This document shows, one piece after another, positions 50,488 through 60,991 of a stretch of 64,000 nucleotides of DNA (its first letter is position 1; every line of letters begins with the position of its first letter). The notes under the pieces are model-generated. The model worked only from the letters and a program-made list of their open reading frames with translations, did no database searches and was not told the DNA's origin. The stretch is taken from the IMG/VR virus record IMGVR_UViG_3300028886_001504. One strand, written 5' to 3'. The position numbers and the translations under genes are program-made. This DNA is from a virus.

Positions 50488-50994
50488 TTACATTCTATTT
50501 AGATATCCAGAAAAATCTGGTTTTTTCATTATATAATTCTCATCTTTTAGTAATGGTGAACTGATAATCATGTCCGCTGTTGTTCTGTTGGTGGCAAACG
50601 CAATATTATACAACGAACTTAAACGAACTAATGCCGACACATCATTTTGATGGCCTTGAATGATGAGATTATCACAAAAGAAAATGAGCGCATCAATCTT
50701 TCCTTCTGCAATCATCGCTGAAATCTGTGCGTCACCACCACAAGGGCCAGAAAGCAAACACGTAACATTCTCTTTAAATGGAAACTCATAGACATTCACA
50801 GCCGTATAGTCACCATTTTCACTGTCTTTTATAAAGGAATCAGATAATATCTTAATCTGTTTGATTAGTTTTCCAGTTGTTCCTGTCGCAAACAAATTGT
50901 GCTTGGATAACTCTTTTACATTAAAGGTTACCCACTCTATCATTTCCTTCTTCCTGCTGTCGTGCGCCACCAGTGCTATGTTCATCTTTTTCAT
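50488..50994 (-). CDS. mgsA: methylglyoxal synthase-like (MGS-like domain)
   Basis: ALVAHDSRK...LFATGTTG. Confidence 0.65.
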   Translation of the reverse strand: MKKMNIALVAHDSRKKEMIEWVTFNVKELSKHNLFATGTTGKLIKQIKILSDSFIKDSENGDYTAVNVYEFPFKENVTCLLSGPCGGDAQISAMIAEGKIDALIFFCDNLIIQGHQNDVSALVRLSSLYNIAFATNRTTADMIISSPLLKDENYIMKKPDFSGYLNRM

Positions 50995-51271
50995 TTTTTG
51001 CCTCCGTTTCTATACCTAAAAATTTCCAAACCATTTTGTTCACCATACCCCACATGTTCATTCTTTCTTTATCTACTTCAATTTCTGTAATAAAGTTGTC
51101 AACAAGTTCTTTAGAGAGATATTTTTCCCAATAACTCCTTGCACTTTCATCCGTTCTAATAAACGCGAAATCTTCTTTGTAGAACAAACAGTCGCTAACT
51201 TTGTACATTGTCTGTTTCAACGTTTCACTAAACCCATGCTGGGAATACACCAAATAGTATTTTTTAGCCAT
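50921..51271 (-). CDS. hypothetical protein
   Basis: 116 aa; TAATG overlap with ligA. Confidence 0.4.
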   Translation of the reverse strand: MAKKYYLVYSQHGFSETLKQTMYKVSDCLFYKEDFAFIRTDESARSYWEKYLSKELVDNFITEIEVDKERMNMWGMVNKMVWKFLGIETEAKNEKDEHSTGGARQQEEGNDRVGNL

Positions 51272-53295
51272 TATAACCCATATTTTTCATAAAACTTATT
51301 TTCTTCAATGATTTCAATACCAAGTTCTTGTGCCTTTGCCACCTTAGACCCACCTGGTTTTTCACCGATAATCAAATAATTGGTTTTCTTTGACACGGAA
51401 TGTCCACATTTAGCACCATTGTCTGTCAAGAATTCTTCAACAGCGTCACCCTTGAATCTACAAGAAGAACCACTAAAACAAACATTAATACCACTCAAAA
51501 CTTGTCCCTTTTTTTCTTCTTGTTGCTCCAATGATGTGGCCCAGCCATTAAACTCTATATCATCTAAGATATGGGGATTCTCTGACAGCCATTTATAAAT
51601 GTTGTTGGCAGTGATTTCTGCAATACCATCAATCGTCATTAAATCTTCTACGGTACATTCTCTTAACAATTGTAACGTAGGATACTTGGCTGCAAGAGTA
51701 CGTGCCATGACTTTGCCAACGCCAGGAATTGATAGTGAAGATAATAACCTATCATATGTCGTTTCTTCTCTAGAAGTGACAAGATTTTTCAATATGTTGG
51801 TAACGGATTTTTCGGCATAACCATCACCTAATCTATCACCTAAAATGTGTAACCAATCTTTGACAATACGCGGTAAACGTGTTGCATCACTAGCCGACTT
51901 AGCCCAGATTAACAGGTCATTAACACTTGTCACCAAACCAACATTATATAAATCATCTACAACGGATTCACCGATGCTCCTTACATCCGCACAATCTTTT
52001 GAACAGAACTGTAATATCTTTCCTTTTTCAATTGCTGTACATTTATCGTTTACACATTTCAACAAAGCACCAACCTTTACCAGCCTCTCACCACAAACAG
52101 GACAAACTTCTGGGATTTTAACGTCCGTATCACCACGTTCAGAAACTCCAAGGACATATGGTATAACACCACCGCTTCTAGTAATTTTAAGCGTGTCACC
52201 AATATGTATGTTTAGTGATTTAATGAAATCGACATTGTTTAACGTGACATTACTGATGACAACACCGCCACATTCAACAGGCTCAAGTTTACCGACAGGC
52301 GTTACAACACCAGTTCTGCCAACTTGCCATTCAATATCGTTCAGTTTAGTAGTAGTAACAAAATCTTCGTTCCATTTTCTGGCAATACCCCATTCAATGG
52401 CCCGTGTATCTTTCGTACCAATTTTGTCTTGCAATTCAATATAATCAACCTTAATTACAACACCGTCATAATCAAAGTCAAAATTTGACTTATCAAGAAA
52501 ATCCTTAAAATCGGCAAGTTTTTTTGCTTCATCACCGTCAATGACGGCAGAGAAAGACGTATCCGCTTCAATGACAAAACCAAGTCTCCTCAGATAACAT
52601 ATCTTTTCCCACATACAGGAAAACTCACGATAATCTGAGAAACAGTCCCAAGCCCTAAAAATTAAACCACGCTCTGCTGTAACACGAGAATCAAGTTGTT
52701 TTATGCTACCAGAACAAGCGTTCCTTGTATTGGAGAATGGTTGCTCTCCATTTGCCATTCTTTCCTCGTTAATTTGCTTTAATTTGGATTTTGGTAGCAA
52801 CACCTCACCCCTGACATAAAATGTCTTAAAATCGCCTAAAAACGCCTTTAAATCAAGGGGAATACTTTTAATGGTTCTGACGTTGTTTGTAATGTCATCA
52901 CCAATGTTTTTATCGCCCCTTGTCAGTGCCTGTGTGAGAATACCGTTTTCATATTTAAGTTCACAAGAAATGCCATCATACTTCACAGAATAATTGAGAA
53001 CATCTGCACCAAGCTTAACCATCTTATCAACCCATTTATCAATATCCTCTTGGTTGTATGCGTTTTCAATGGTAAGCATTGGTTTAGGGTGTTTACCCTT
53101 CTTAAAGCCTTTCTGAATGTCAGAACCTACCCTTTGGGTTGGTGAGTTTGGATAAACAACACCACTTTCTTTCTCCATCTTCTGGAGTTCTTTGAGAGCA
53201 AGGTCAAACTCCGTATCACTATATTCTGTGGTTTGCCCAGCATAATACAGTTCAGATGCTTTAGCTAATGAGTTAGTTAAATCTAATTGATTCAT
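51271..53295 (-). CDS. ligA: NAD-dependent DNA ligase
   Basis: 674 aa; adenylation KYDGIS; Zn finger CPVCGERL; HhH; C-terminal BRCT region. Confidence 0.9.
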   Translation of the reverse strand: MNQLDLTNSLAKASELYYAGQTTEYSDTEFDLALKELQKMEKESGVVYPNSPTQRVGSDIQKGFKKGKHPKPMLTIENAYNQEDIDKWVDKMVKLGADVLNYSVKYDGISCELKYENGILTQALTRGDKNIGDDITNNVRTIKSIPLDLKAFLGDFKTFYVRGEVLLPKSKLKQINEERMANGEQPFSNTRNACSGSIKQLDSRVTAERGLIFRAWDCFSDYREFSCMWEKICYLRRLGFVIEADTSFSAVIDGDEAKKLADFKDFLDKSNFDFDYDGVVIKVDYIELQDKIGTKDTRAIEWGIARKWNEDFVTTTKLNDIEWQVGRTGVVTPVGKLEPVECGGVVISNVTLNNVDFIKSLNIHIGDTLKITRSGGVIPYVLGVSERGDTDVKIPEVCPVCGERLVKVGALLKCVNDKCTAIEKGKILQFCSKDCADVRSIGESVVDDLYNVGLVTSVNDLLIWAKSASDATRLPRIVKDWLHILGDRLGDGYAEKSVTNILKNLVTSREETTYDRLLSSLSIPGVGKVMARTLAAKYPTLQLLRECTVEDLMTIDGIAEITANNIYKWLSENPHILDDIEFNGWATSLEQQEEKKGQVLSGINVCFSGSSCRFKGDAVEEFLTDNGAKCGHSVSKKTNYLIIGEKPGGSKVAKAQELGIEIIEENKFYEKYGL

Positions 53296-53297
53296 TG

Positions 53298-54062
53298 TTA
53301 ATATTTTACTTTAACATCACACAAAACGTTTTCGTTGGACACAACATTTTTATTATCATCCAACACAATTTTCAACACATATCCAACTGGATTATACCTT
53401 TCGTTTACATAAGAGGTGTTTACGATATATGTCCCATCATACTCTTTGAAATCCCTACATGAACTATGGATGTGTCCGTGTACATTGATTTTAGGGTGTT
53501 TCTCTCTAATACATTCATCAAGCACAACGTTACCAGCATCAACACCTTCACTCCATCCCTCACGGATTACACCAGTTTCATACATTCCTGGACTATCGTG
53601 CGACAACAGAATGTCAACACCCTCTGGGCATGCAGCGAACTTCTTGCGTAATGTATCGTTGGACACCATAAACGCCCAACTACCGAAAATCTTGCAATAA
53701 GGTGTACCAAAAATCTTTAATTTCTGTAAACCATTATCGGTAAGATACTCATAATCACAAGTCTCATTTTTAAGTACAGTTAATCTACTGTGTGTTTTTT
53801 TCCTCACAGCCTTCACCTCTTCTTTCGTGATTCTCTCACCAACAAAATCATGATTTCCGAAAATCATGACAACCTGGCTAAACTCATCCTTAAAACTTAG
53901 ACTATTAATCCAAGACGCAAACTCATTTTTAAACCAATCCAATTGGTATGTGTAGTATTGGTCATGCACAGGACACACATCACCACATATGAGAAGAAGT
54001 TCAATTGGCTCCTTAATATCTGGTAAATTACCATGTAAATCGCTTGTTACTAAAATATTCAT
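53298..54062 (-). CDS. metallophosphoesterase
   Basis: DLHGN, GDVCP, GNHD, GHIH. Confidence 0.7.
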   Translation of the reverse strand: MNILVTSDLHGNLPDIKEPIELLLICGDVCPVHDQYYTYQLDWFKNEFASWINSLSFKDEFSQVVMIFGNHDFVGERITKEEVKAVRKKTHSRLTVLKNETCDYEYLTDNGLQKLKIFGTPYCKIFGSWAFMVSNDTLRKKFAACPEGVDILLSHDSPGMYETGVIREGWSEGVDAGNVVLDECIREKHPKINVHGHIHSSCRDFKEYDGTYIVNTSYVNERYNPVGYVLKIVLDDNKNVVSNENVLCDVKVKY

Positions 54063-55033
54063 TGTTCTAATTTTAAAGGTTTTATAAACTTTGCAAGTTG
54101 GTCTTCGTGCCAGAACAAAAGGTCATTATCAACTATCTCCATCCCTTTCCACAATTTATAAACTTGCGGAAAATAGATAGATGAAACGGACTTTAATGTT
54201 TGCTCACCAGTAATAAGATTCGTTCTTATATATGCTGGTATTGAAGTACCATTTACATTAATCACTGGTAACTTCTTGATATCATAAAGTTCACACCTTA
54301 CATGATAACCAAACATATCTTGAATCACACCTTCAAGATTGTCAATATCTTCTTTGGTAACATTACCTTTTACCTCCCAAATAAACTCGTCTGTTTTGAA
54401 AGAGAAAGGTTCACATATACCTTTTTCTGACGCAATAATGGTATTATATTGATTGTGTATCGTCAAATACTTGAAGATGAAAGCAATAATATATTTCTCT
54501 ACTGTCGTGGTCCTCTTAGGATTAAGTTTACCAAAAATAACCTGACGTGTGTATTTGGATTTCTTAAAATAAAAAGACGTGTCGAACTTGTTAATGAAAT
54601 CCTCATAACTGTTATCAAACAAAACACCAGCAGTGTTTAATGCTTGAAAATTAGCTTTCTTCAAATCGAGAGAAAGATATTTGTGACCCTCATATACTTC
54701 TGTATAACTTGTGCGGTCAGGTATACTTAAAGCACGAACTTCCATATCAATAGCAAACGTGTTCATATCGCAACTGTTGAAATTCTTATATGCTGGGCTT
54801 TCAAGTACTGACATGATAATCTTATCCCTAACCTCTGCATAATGTTGTAGCCACAACTCAAAGTTACCATTATACCCTTCGTTGATTTCTTTATTCAATG
54901 CCTCCCACTCCTTCTCAGGCCAAAAATCTTTGTAGAGATTATGATAATACTCAAACATCTCCTCATTAAAAATGTTAATGGGAAGGTTAAAATCTTTTGA
55001 AAACCTTTGATTTAATCTTTCTTTTGCGGTCAT
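54059..55033 (-). CDS. hypothetical protein
   Basis: 324 aa ORF. Confidence 0.45.
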   Translation of the reverse strand: MTAKERLNQRFSKDFNLPINIFNEEMFEYYHNLYKDFWPEKEWEALNKEINEGYNGNFELWLQHYAEVRDKIIMSVLESPAYKNFNSCDMNTFAIDMEVRALSIPDRTSYTEVYEGHKYLSLDLKKANFQALNTAGVLFDNSYEDFINKFDTSFYFKKSKYTRQVIFGKLNPKRTTTVEKYIIAFIFKYLTIHNQYNTIIASEKGICEPFSFKTDEFIWEVKGNVTKEDIDNLEGVIQDMFGYHVRCELYDIKKLPVINVNGTSIPAYIRTNLITGEQTLKSVSSIYFPQVYKLWKGMEIVDNDLLFWHEDQLAKFIKPLKLEQ

Positions 55034-55037
55034 ATTA

Positions 55038-55223
55038 TCACTTGTTTATGAACAAAAAGAAAATAATAAGAAATATTATACCAAGTCCAACACTAATCCA
55101 AAGTGGTGACAATACCCACCACCAACTCCAGTCAATTACTTTAAGGAGTTTCAAGACAATAAACACAACAAGTAGAATAGTTGAAATACTAGTCCCACCA
55201 GAAACAGTCGTTTTTTCACTCAT
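55038..55223 (-). CDS. small membrane protein
   Basis: 61 aa hydrophobic. Confidence 0.35.
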   Translation of the reverse strand: MSEKTTVSGGTSISTILLVVFIVLKLLKVIDWSWWWVLSPLWISVGLGIIFLIIFFLFINK

Positions 55224-55686
55224 CTTTTTTAAGTTTTAATATAGTTTTTATTTTCTCAATATCTTCTATTGTAATTCCAGTTTCCCTATCTGTCTTAATA
55301 AAGTTATCGGCTTGTCCTAATAACATGTCACTATCATCATCTACAATCACATATTCATAGTGTGAATCTGCATAACATGGGCCAAACTTCGTACCCATAC
55401 CATGAAATGTGTCTCGTAACCACTTTTCAATCTCATTACCCCTACATATCCAATCTTGATAAAAATGTTCGGTATATCCAACGATTGGTAAAGTTAATCC
55501 ACACCCACGAAGAGATTTCTCAGTTCTTCCGTTATCATAACCCCACGAAGAGGATATTACTACCTCTACACCTTCCAACTCATTCAATAAAGCGACACAC
55601 GCTGGGTCTATGAACCCTTTACCTGTCTTTAAGAATTCATATCCAGCAAGTACACCATCAATATCCAAAAAAATAATACGCTTCAT
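55216..55686 (-). CDS. HAD-like phosphatase
   Basis: Motif I FLDIDGVL; -7 motif at 55695-55702. Confidence 0.55.
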   Translation of the reverse strand: MKRIIFLDIDGVLAGYEFLKTGKGFIDPACVALLNELEGVEVVISSSWGYDNGRTEKSLRGCGLTLPIVGYTEHFYQDWICRGNEIEKWLRDTFHGMGTKFGPCYADSHYEYVIVDDDSDMLLGQADNFIKTDRETGITIEDIEKIKTILKLKKDE

Positions 55687-55694
55687 ATCTGCAA

Positions 55695-55702
55695 CAAAGA
55701 TA
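55695..55702 (-). promoter_or_regulatory. Bacteroidota-type -7 element
   Basis: CAAAGATA 9 nt upstream of 55686. Confidence 0.45.
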
Positions 55703-55746
55703 TTGTTTTTTTAGAAAACAAACAAAAAAAACCGCAGACTTTTTGT

Positions 55747-56442
55747 CTACGGTTTATCTTTGGTTTCACCAGTGTTTCTATATACATTAAATTGCGGAAA
55801 CTGCATAAAGTCGTTTTCTTCGTCTTCTATTTTATCATCGGTTTGTTTTTCACCTAAAACAAGATGTTTATACGTCCTTTCGAGTCACTTCTTGAAATCA
55901 TCAACTGACATTTCATGTTTAGCATAGTTACATTTAGCACAACAAGGCACTACGTTGTCTAATGTGTAGCCTTTACTAGAATCCACTCTATCTATACCAT
56001 TGTGTGCTCATGGTTTTTGTGTTTTTTGCATATATTGTAATTCATACTCTCTAACTTCTGGTGATGCACCACAATAATAACAATCTTGTTCCATTATCTC
56101 TATAAACTCTTCAAATGTTAAATCAAAGTCTAGTCCTCTTTTTGACGCACCTGCTCTATAATCCTTTAATAGTCTATTTTTCAATCCAGAATGTACAATA
56201 CCCTGACTTTTCCTCAAAGCTGTTTCTGTTGATGTTTTCTTGTTTGTACACGAATGACATCCGAAACGGTTGACTAATGTTTTTTCTTTCGCATGAAATT
56301 CATTACCACAATCACATCTACATTCCCACAGTCAAACGTTTTTACCTTTTACTGTTGATTTTCTACAATAATTCTTAATGAGGATAAATCTATCATTAAT
56401 CCTATCCCCTTCCTTGTAATTTGTTTTGTGTTTTGGTCCCAT
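55747..56442 (-). CDS. HNH homing endonuclease; 3 in-frame TGA
   Basis: ATG 56440-56442 to TAG 55747-55749 in one frame with three TGA; Zn finger WECRCDCG; HNH core HNGIDRVDSSKGY...NVVPCCAKCNYAKH; track fragment 56008..56217 is in the same frame. Confidence 0.6.
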
Positions 56443-56482
56443 AATTACTCTTCCTTTTCTATTAGCACTCTTTTACATAAAA

Positions 56483-56515
56483 AGTCCTGAATTAGAAAAA
56501 ATCTAACCCAGGACT
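56483..56515. terminator. hairpin agtcctg...caggact
   Basis: 3' of the band-7 gene. Confidence 0.45.
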
Positions 56516-56537
56516 AACATTTTTTGAGTAAAAACAA

Positions 56538-57776
56538 CTATTTTTCGTTCATTTTATTAATAACGTCCATAGCCATATTGATGCCAACAAAATCCATAGC
56601 GTTGTTTCCACTACCATTACCAGTCATCATGACTTTTGGAACCCACGAAACGGTTGACTTTGACAAAGCTTCTGCAATACCAACCTTGGTTTTATACTCC
56701 CATTCAAGTTTCTCTTGCGGTGTAGCTCCCGCAGCGACTTTAAGTTTGTTAGCCTCTGCTTCTGCCTGACCTTCTGCAATAATCTTTTTCTTGTCAAATT
56801 CAGCCTTTTCTGCTGCAAGTCGCGCAACCTCACGTTCCTGTTCAGCCTTGGTAACCTCGGTAGCCTTGATACGCTCCTGCTCCCATTTTGCCTTTGCTGC
56901 TGCTGCCTTACCTTCTGCCTCGGCCTTAATAGCATCCTGCTGTGCAGCGAGTGCTTCTGCTTTCTTGGTCTGAATAGACATGTTGGCTTGCTGCTGGGTC
57001 TGAATCTGCTGGTTCACCTTTTCATCATAACTGATTTCCGAAATGGAAACCTGGTCAATTTCTACACCATATGCGGAAAAAGGAGACTTCTCAGAGCGAA
57101 CATAACCATTAGGTGCATCTTCATCTGGAACAAGTGAAGCAACTTTCACCTTCTTGGTTTCACCAGTAAATGAGTCAATTGTTTCAACCTCACGGCTGGT
57201 AGTTTTATAAATACCATTCGTCAACTGGTCAGTAATATAAGCAACCATATCGTTTTTCTTTTCCGCATAAGATTCGAATGCCGACATGAGTGGTCCAGAT
57301 GCATAAATAACTTTAGTGACGTTCTGTGATACAAGGTCATTCATCAGCCTATCCATACCAGTATATGCAGTCTGAATAAGTTTAAGGTGTTCCACATCAG
57401 TAGGCAACTTTACACGAAGTGAACCATAAATGTAACCAACGGAAGCATCGTTAAAAATAACTTTAATTGGCGTACCATGTGATTCACCCTGAATATCCTT
57501 ACCACCAAACCAGTATTGCTGGGTCTTGTAGTAAGAGGTTGTCCTACCAAACCACTGCCATTTGAAGCCAGGGTCTGTCCAGTAAACCATTTTACCAGAG
57601 AACGGGAACTGGTTTACGACAATCTGTTCGTTCTTGACATCCTCACCAAACTTTCCGATGCAGCAAAGGCAAAGGAAAACGAGAACACCAAAGATAATAG
57701 CGGTTACCTTCTTTTTAGAAAGGCGAAATCCCTTAGTAGTAGACTGGGACTGAGAATAGTTTTTGTTGTTGTACAT
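56538..57776 (-). CDS. SPFH/band 7 family membrane protein
   Basis: N-terminal TM, SPFH core, Ala/Glu/Lys coiled coil. Confidence 0.65.
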   Translation of the reverse strand: MYNNKNYSQSQSTTKGFRLSKKKVTAIIFGVLVFLCLCCIGKFGEDVKNEQIVVNQFPFSGKMVYWTDPGFKWQWFGRTTSYYKTQQYWFGGKDIQGESHGTPIKVIFNDASVGYIYGSLRVKLPTDVEHLKLIQTAYTGMDRLMNDLVSQNVTKVIYASGPLMSAFESYAEKKNDMVAYITDQLTNGIYKTTSREVETIDSFTGETKKVKVASLVPDEDAPNGYVRSEKSPFSAYGVEIDQVSISEISYDEKVNQQIQTQQQANMSIQTKKAEALAAQQDAIKAEAEGKAAAAKAKWEQERIKATEVTKAEQEREVARLAAEKAEFDKKKIIAEGQAEAEANKLKVAAGATPQEKLEWEYKTKVGIAEALSKSTVSWVPKVMMTGNGSGNNAMDFVGINMAMDVINKMNEK

Positions 57777-57804
57777 AAAATTTTAGTTTTTAAAGGTTAA
57801 TATA

Positions 57805-58086
57805 TTATTCGTTATTTTCTTCGTTTGTTTTCTTCTTTCTGGGCTTCTTAACCGTTTTTTCCACGGTTTCAGTTAATACCTGTGGTTCTGGTTCATTTTC
57901 ATGCTTTACCTCTTCCACGGGTTTCGCTTTCTTGAAGAGATAATAGAATGGGATGAACATCTGTGGAATTTGAACCTCCACACCTTCATCGGTGAACCGA
58001 ATTACTTCAAAGATTTGCAAGAAGCAAAAGATGTAGTAAATAAAAACGCTTAAAAGCAGTAGTACAATAAAAATTCTGTAAATCAT
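57805..58086 (-). CDS. small membrane protein
   Basis: 93 aa, N-terminal TM. Confidence 0.35.
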   Translation of the reverse strand: MIYRIFIVLLLLSVFIYYIFCFLQIFEVIRFTDEGVEVQIPQMFIPFYYLFKKAKPVEEVKHENEPEPQVLTETVEKTVKKPRKKKTNEENNE

Positions 58087-58367
58087 TTTTTTAAAGGTTT
58101 TAAAGTTGTTGTATCTTTTTTTGTTTTATTGTTTACGTTGACAATTACTTCAAAGGCTGGTAACTCCTTATTCTCGTTAATAACAGTGTTTAGACTGTCA
58201 ACTTTGACTTGTAATTCGGCTATTTGTTTGTCAAAATATACTTCATATTCTCTTTGCTTATCTTTCACCACTATTGCACTAACAATAATTGATATCAGCA
58301 AAGATGATAAAATTGTGATGAGGATAATAACCCAACTAACATTATTCTCTGTGGTATCCATTTTCAA
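58083..58367 (-). CDS. small membrane protein
   Basis: 94 aa, TM then coiled coil. Confidence 0.35.
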   Translation of the reverse strand: MKMDTTENNVSWVIILITILSSLLISIIVSAIVVKDKQREYEVYFDKQIAELQVKVDSLNTVINENKELPAFEVIVNVNNKTKKDTTTLKPLKK

Positions 58368-58743
58368 AGTCCTCTTCCATTAAAAGATTTCTGAATAACC
58401 CAATAAAAAATTGTTTTATTTTCTCCGCAAAGTTAACGATTTTTTCCTTACCTCCAAGTTTTTTTTCAACTTTTTTTGTTTTTTCTTGTGTTTTCACTTC
58501 TATCGTTGTAGGCTGCAACGTTGTTCCAACTGGAGCGCTTGATTTTTTTACCCAATGTCCTTCGACAATAGTATCAACCCTCTCCAATTCTTCATCGTCC
58601 CAAGTATCCCAACCATTTAAGTTCATTAAGTCAACGTAACGACTCAAAAACGGACTATTACCATTGTACTGGTAATAATAATACTTTCTTAATTTGCTGT
58701 CCATTATCGAAAATAATTTTGAACCAAAACAATAGGCGTACAT
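58342..58743 (-). CDS. hypothetical protein
   Basis: 133 aa ORF. Confidence 0.35.
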   Translation of the reverse strand: MYAYCFGSKLFSIMDSKLRKYYYYQYNGNSPFLSRYVDLMNLNGWDTWDDEELERVDTIVEGHWVKKSSAPVGTTLQPTTIEVKTQEKTKKVEKKLGGKEKIVNFAEKIKQFFIGLFRNLLMEEDFENGYHRE

Positions 58744-59819
58744 CTGTCACCAGAACCACTGGTTAAATCCATCAACGATGCTAAAAGATTAACATACCTT
58801 CTTGGTGTAGTCCCTTGACTTACCATATTCCCCTTAAGGCTCATGCCATTTTTTAAAGAAATTTCGCGTTCAATAGCTTTTTGAAGTTCCTCACCTGAAA
58901 GGTCTTTATATTGGTCATCAGCAAGCGCCTTAACCTTGACTTCGTTTGGTGTACTGTCAAGAAGTTCTTCATCGGTGTAACCAGGACTTGAAACAGGGTC
59001 TGCCATTTCCCAGATGCCAGCATCCAAATCCTTGTAACTGCCGTCACCATATGCCATAACCACTAAGTCTTTCCCACATACACCTTTAATAAGGTATTTA
59101 ACATCAACACATACGTCCTTTGCTATTTTTCTGGTAGGGAACAGTTTTAGTTTTTCTTCCGTGGCTTTATTTGTACCAAGCAAACCAAAATCTGGATTCT
59201 TGTCTTTACAAATATCCGCTAACGTGATAAACGTTTTCCCATCAAGTCTCCCAAGCGGAGGATTATATTGATTACTCCAATTTTTATAATCATGAAGCCC
59301 ACAATAAATCGCACATTTATGAAAATACCAAGTATCTTCATTGTTGAGAATTTCGCACTCACATCCTTCATCCTTACAAATTTGGCTATAATACTCTTTG
59401 ATGTTAACTCCAGTAAACGGATTAACGTCACAGGGATTTCCAACTTCATCGTACTTAGGCATTACAATAGTGACTTTCTTTGTCGCTCTAGCAACACCTT
59501 TAAGAATCATACTGAACCTATTACGAGAATAGATAGGATTGATTAACGTGATTTCTTCTGAGTTACCAGAAAGCCTCTTAACATCCTCCGCAATTTCATC
59601 AACGGTTACATATAAGTTTGCAGCCCTTGCAATCACCGATTCAGTAATACCAATAACATCCTTATCCGACAAGTCATCACCGTTATTCGTTACAGATAAA
59701 ATACTGTCTGCAACAATCTTTGCCAAATTATCTCCTGAACGTATAATCGGGCATTTTACACCCCTTGCTGTTAAAGTTTTCTCTGCCATATTATTTTGAC
59801 TCCTTTTTCTTTTTAACAA
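58704..59819 (-). CDS. hypothetical protein
   Basis: 371 aa ORF. Confidence 0.45.
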   Translation of the reverse strand: MLKRKRSQNNMAEKTLTARGVKCPIIRSGDNLAKIVADSILSVTNNGDDLSDKDVIGITESVIARAANLYVTVDEIAEDVKRLSGNSEEITLINPIYSRNRFSMILKGVARATKKVTIVMPKYDEVGNPCDVNPFTGVNIKEYYSQICKDEGCECEILNNEDTWYFHKCAIYCGLHDYKNWSNQYNPPLGRLDGKTFITLADICKDKNPDFGLLGTNKATEEKLKLFPTRKIAKDVCVDVKYLIKGVCGKDLVVMAYGDGSYKDLDAGIWEMADPVSSPGYTDEELLDSTPNEVKVKALADDQYKDLSGEELQKAIEREISLKNGMSLKGNMVSQGTTPRRYVNLLASLMDLTSGSGDRCTPIVLVQNYFR

Positions 59820-60900
59820 CCTTCTTACCTTTTACAGTCTTTACAGTCTTTTTCTCTCCAACATTGATTTCTTCATCAATTTTGAGTGTTTCTTTATCAA
59901 TACCAAGAGTGTCAACAAACTTTTCGAGCGTCAAATCACACGTCTCGTCAATCCAATCGGTTACATAATAAAGTTTGTTGGAACCAGCAATCACACCAAA
60001 CAAAATGGGGTCTTTCTTTTTGGCAATCTCCTTTTCCGTTGGCTTGTATGATTCTCCCTTCGGGTCGTAGTGCAAAATGACGTAATTGTCAAATACCCTC
60101 AAATCATTTGCTTTCTTGATTGTATCAATAACCTCCTGTGGTAAAGGTCTTGAGAAGTTCTTAATATATGTGAGTGCAAGCCCCTTCTCGGTTTTAAGTG
60201 CAAAATCAACAACTTGCTTCTCGGTTACAACATAATAATAACCCTCTGAATAAAGAAGTGATTCATATTTGTTGGCAATCATTTCCTTAAGCAAGGACTC
60301 AACCAACGCTGTTTGGCCTACATTATTTGCATTGTGAATTGCAATAAGATATTTACTGATACGATTTACATAAGATTGAGCAGACTCCTGACTGGTAAGT
60401 TTTACTTTAGTAAAGAACTCAACCGCATCAAACTCATATTTTTCCTTCTTTGTGAGAAACTTATCAAAAAGTTTCTTAAATAACGAAACCTTCTTCTTGT
60501 CCCCAGTTTCAACTCCACTGGAGGTAAAGACAAACGTATTGTTGTTGGTAAATCCATGCATACCGCCGTACCCACTGAGAACGTTGTTCAACTTATTGCT
60601 CTTGATTAAACAAGTAAGTTCATCAAGCGATGCAGCAGCAATCTTATCAAAATCTACCTTTCCGTCGACCACATAAGCGTCTGGTGTTCCATAAACAACA
60701 AACGGGGTTGGTTGTGTTGTATATATATTTGTGGTACTTGTACCAGCATCGGTGGTGCTTGGAAGGTTGATGCTTTGTCGCATAACGATTTTCGCTTGTT
60801 CTTCTTTAACCCCTCCAATGTTCTTCCATTTAGGGAGATTTTGGTCAATAACAACACCATTTTCAAAAATGGCAAGTCTCTTTTTGTCTGTTGTAAGCAT
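59791..60900 (-). CDS. hypothetical protein with Lys-rich C-terminus
   Basis: 369 aa; -7 motif 60925-60932. Confidence 0.45.
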   Translation of the reverse strand: MLTTDKKRLAIFENGVVIDQNLPKWKNIGGVKEEQAKIVMRQSINLPSTTDAGTSTTNIYTTQPTPFVVYGTPDAYVVDGKVDFDKIAAASLDELTCLIKSNKLNNVLSGYGGMHGFTNNNTFVFTSSGVETGDKKKVSLFKKLFDKFLTKKEKYEFDAVEFFTKVKLTSQESAQSYVNRISKYLIAIHNANNVGQTALVESLLKEMIANKYESLLYSEGYYYVVTEKQVVDFALKTEKGLALTYIKNFSRPLPQEVIDTIKKANDLRVFDNYVILHYDPKGESYKPTEKEIAKKKDPILFGVIAGSNKLYYVTDWIDETCDLTLEKFVDTLGIDKETLKIDEEINVGEKKTVKTVKGKKVVKKKKESK

Positions 60901-60924
60901 ATCTTTATTTTTTGTTCAGTGTTG

Positions 60925-60932
60925 CAAAGATA
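60925..60932 (-). promoter_or_regulatory. Bacteroidota-type -7 element (with CAAA -33-like ~22 nt further)
   Basis: CAAAGATA upstream of 60900. Confidence 0.45.
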
Positions 60933-60991
60933 TACACTTTTTTTTATAAAACAAAAAAAGTTGCAGATTTTTTTCTACAACTTTTAATTTG

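Noticed and set aside
56524-56769. + strand 81-aa ORF and weak AACTATTTTT motif at 56537
   Set aside because: It overlaps the 3' end of the band-7 gene on the other strand, the hydrophobic low-complexity product looks spurious, and the motif lacks the TATA half.
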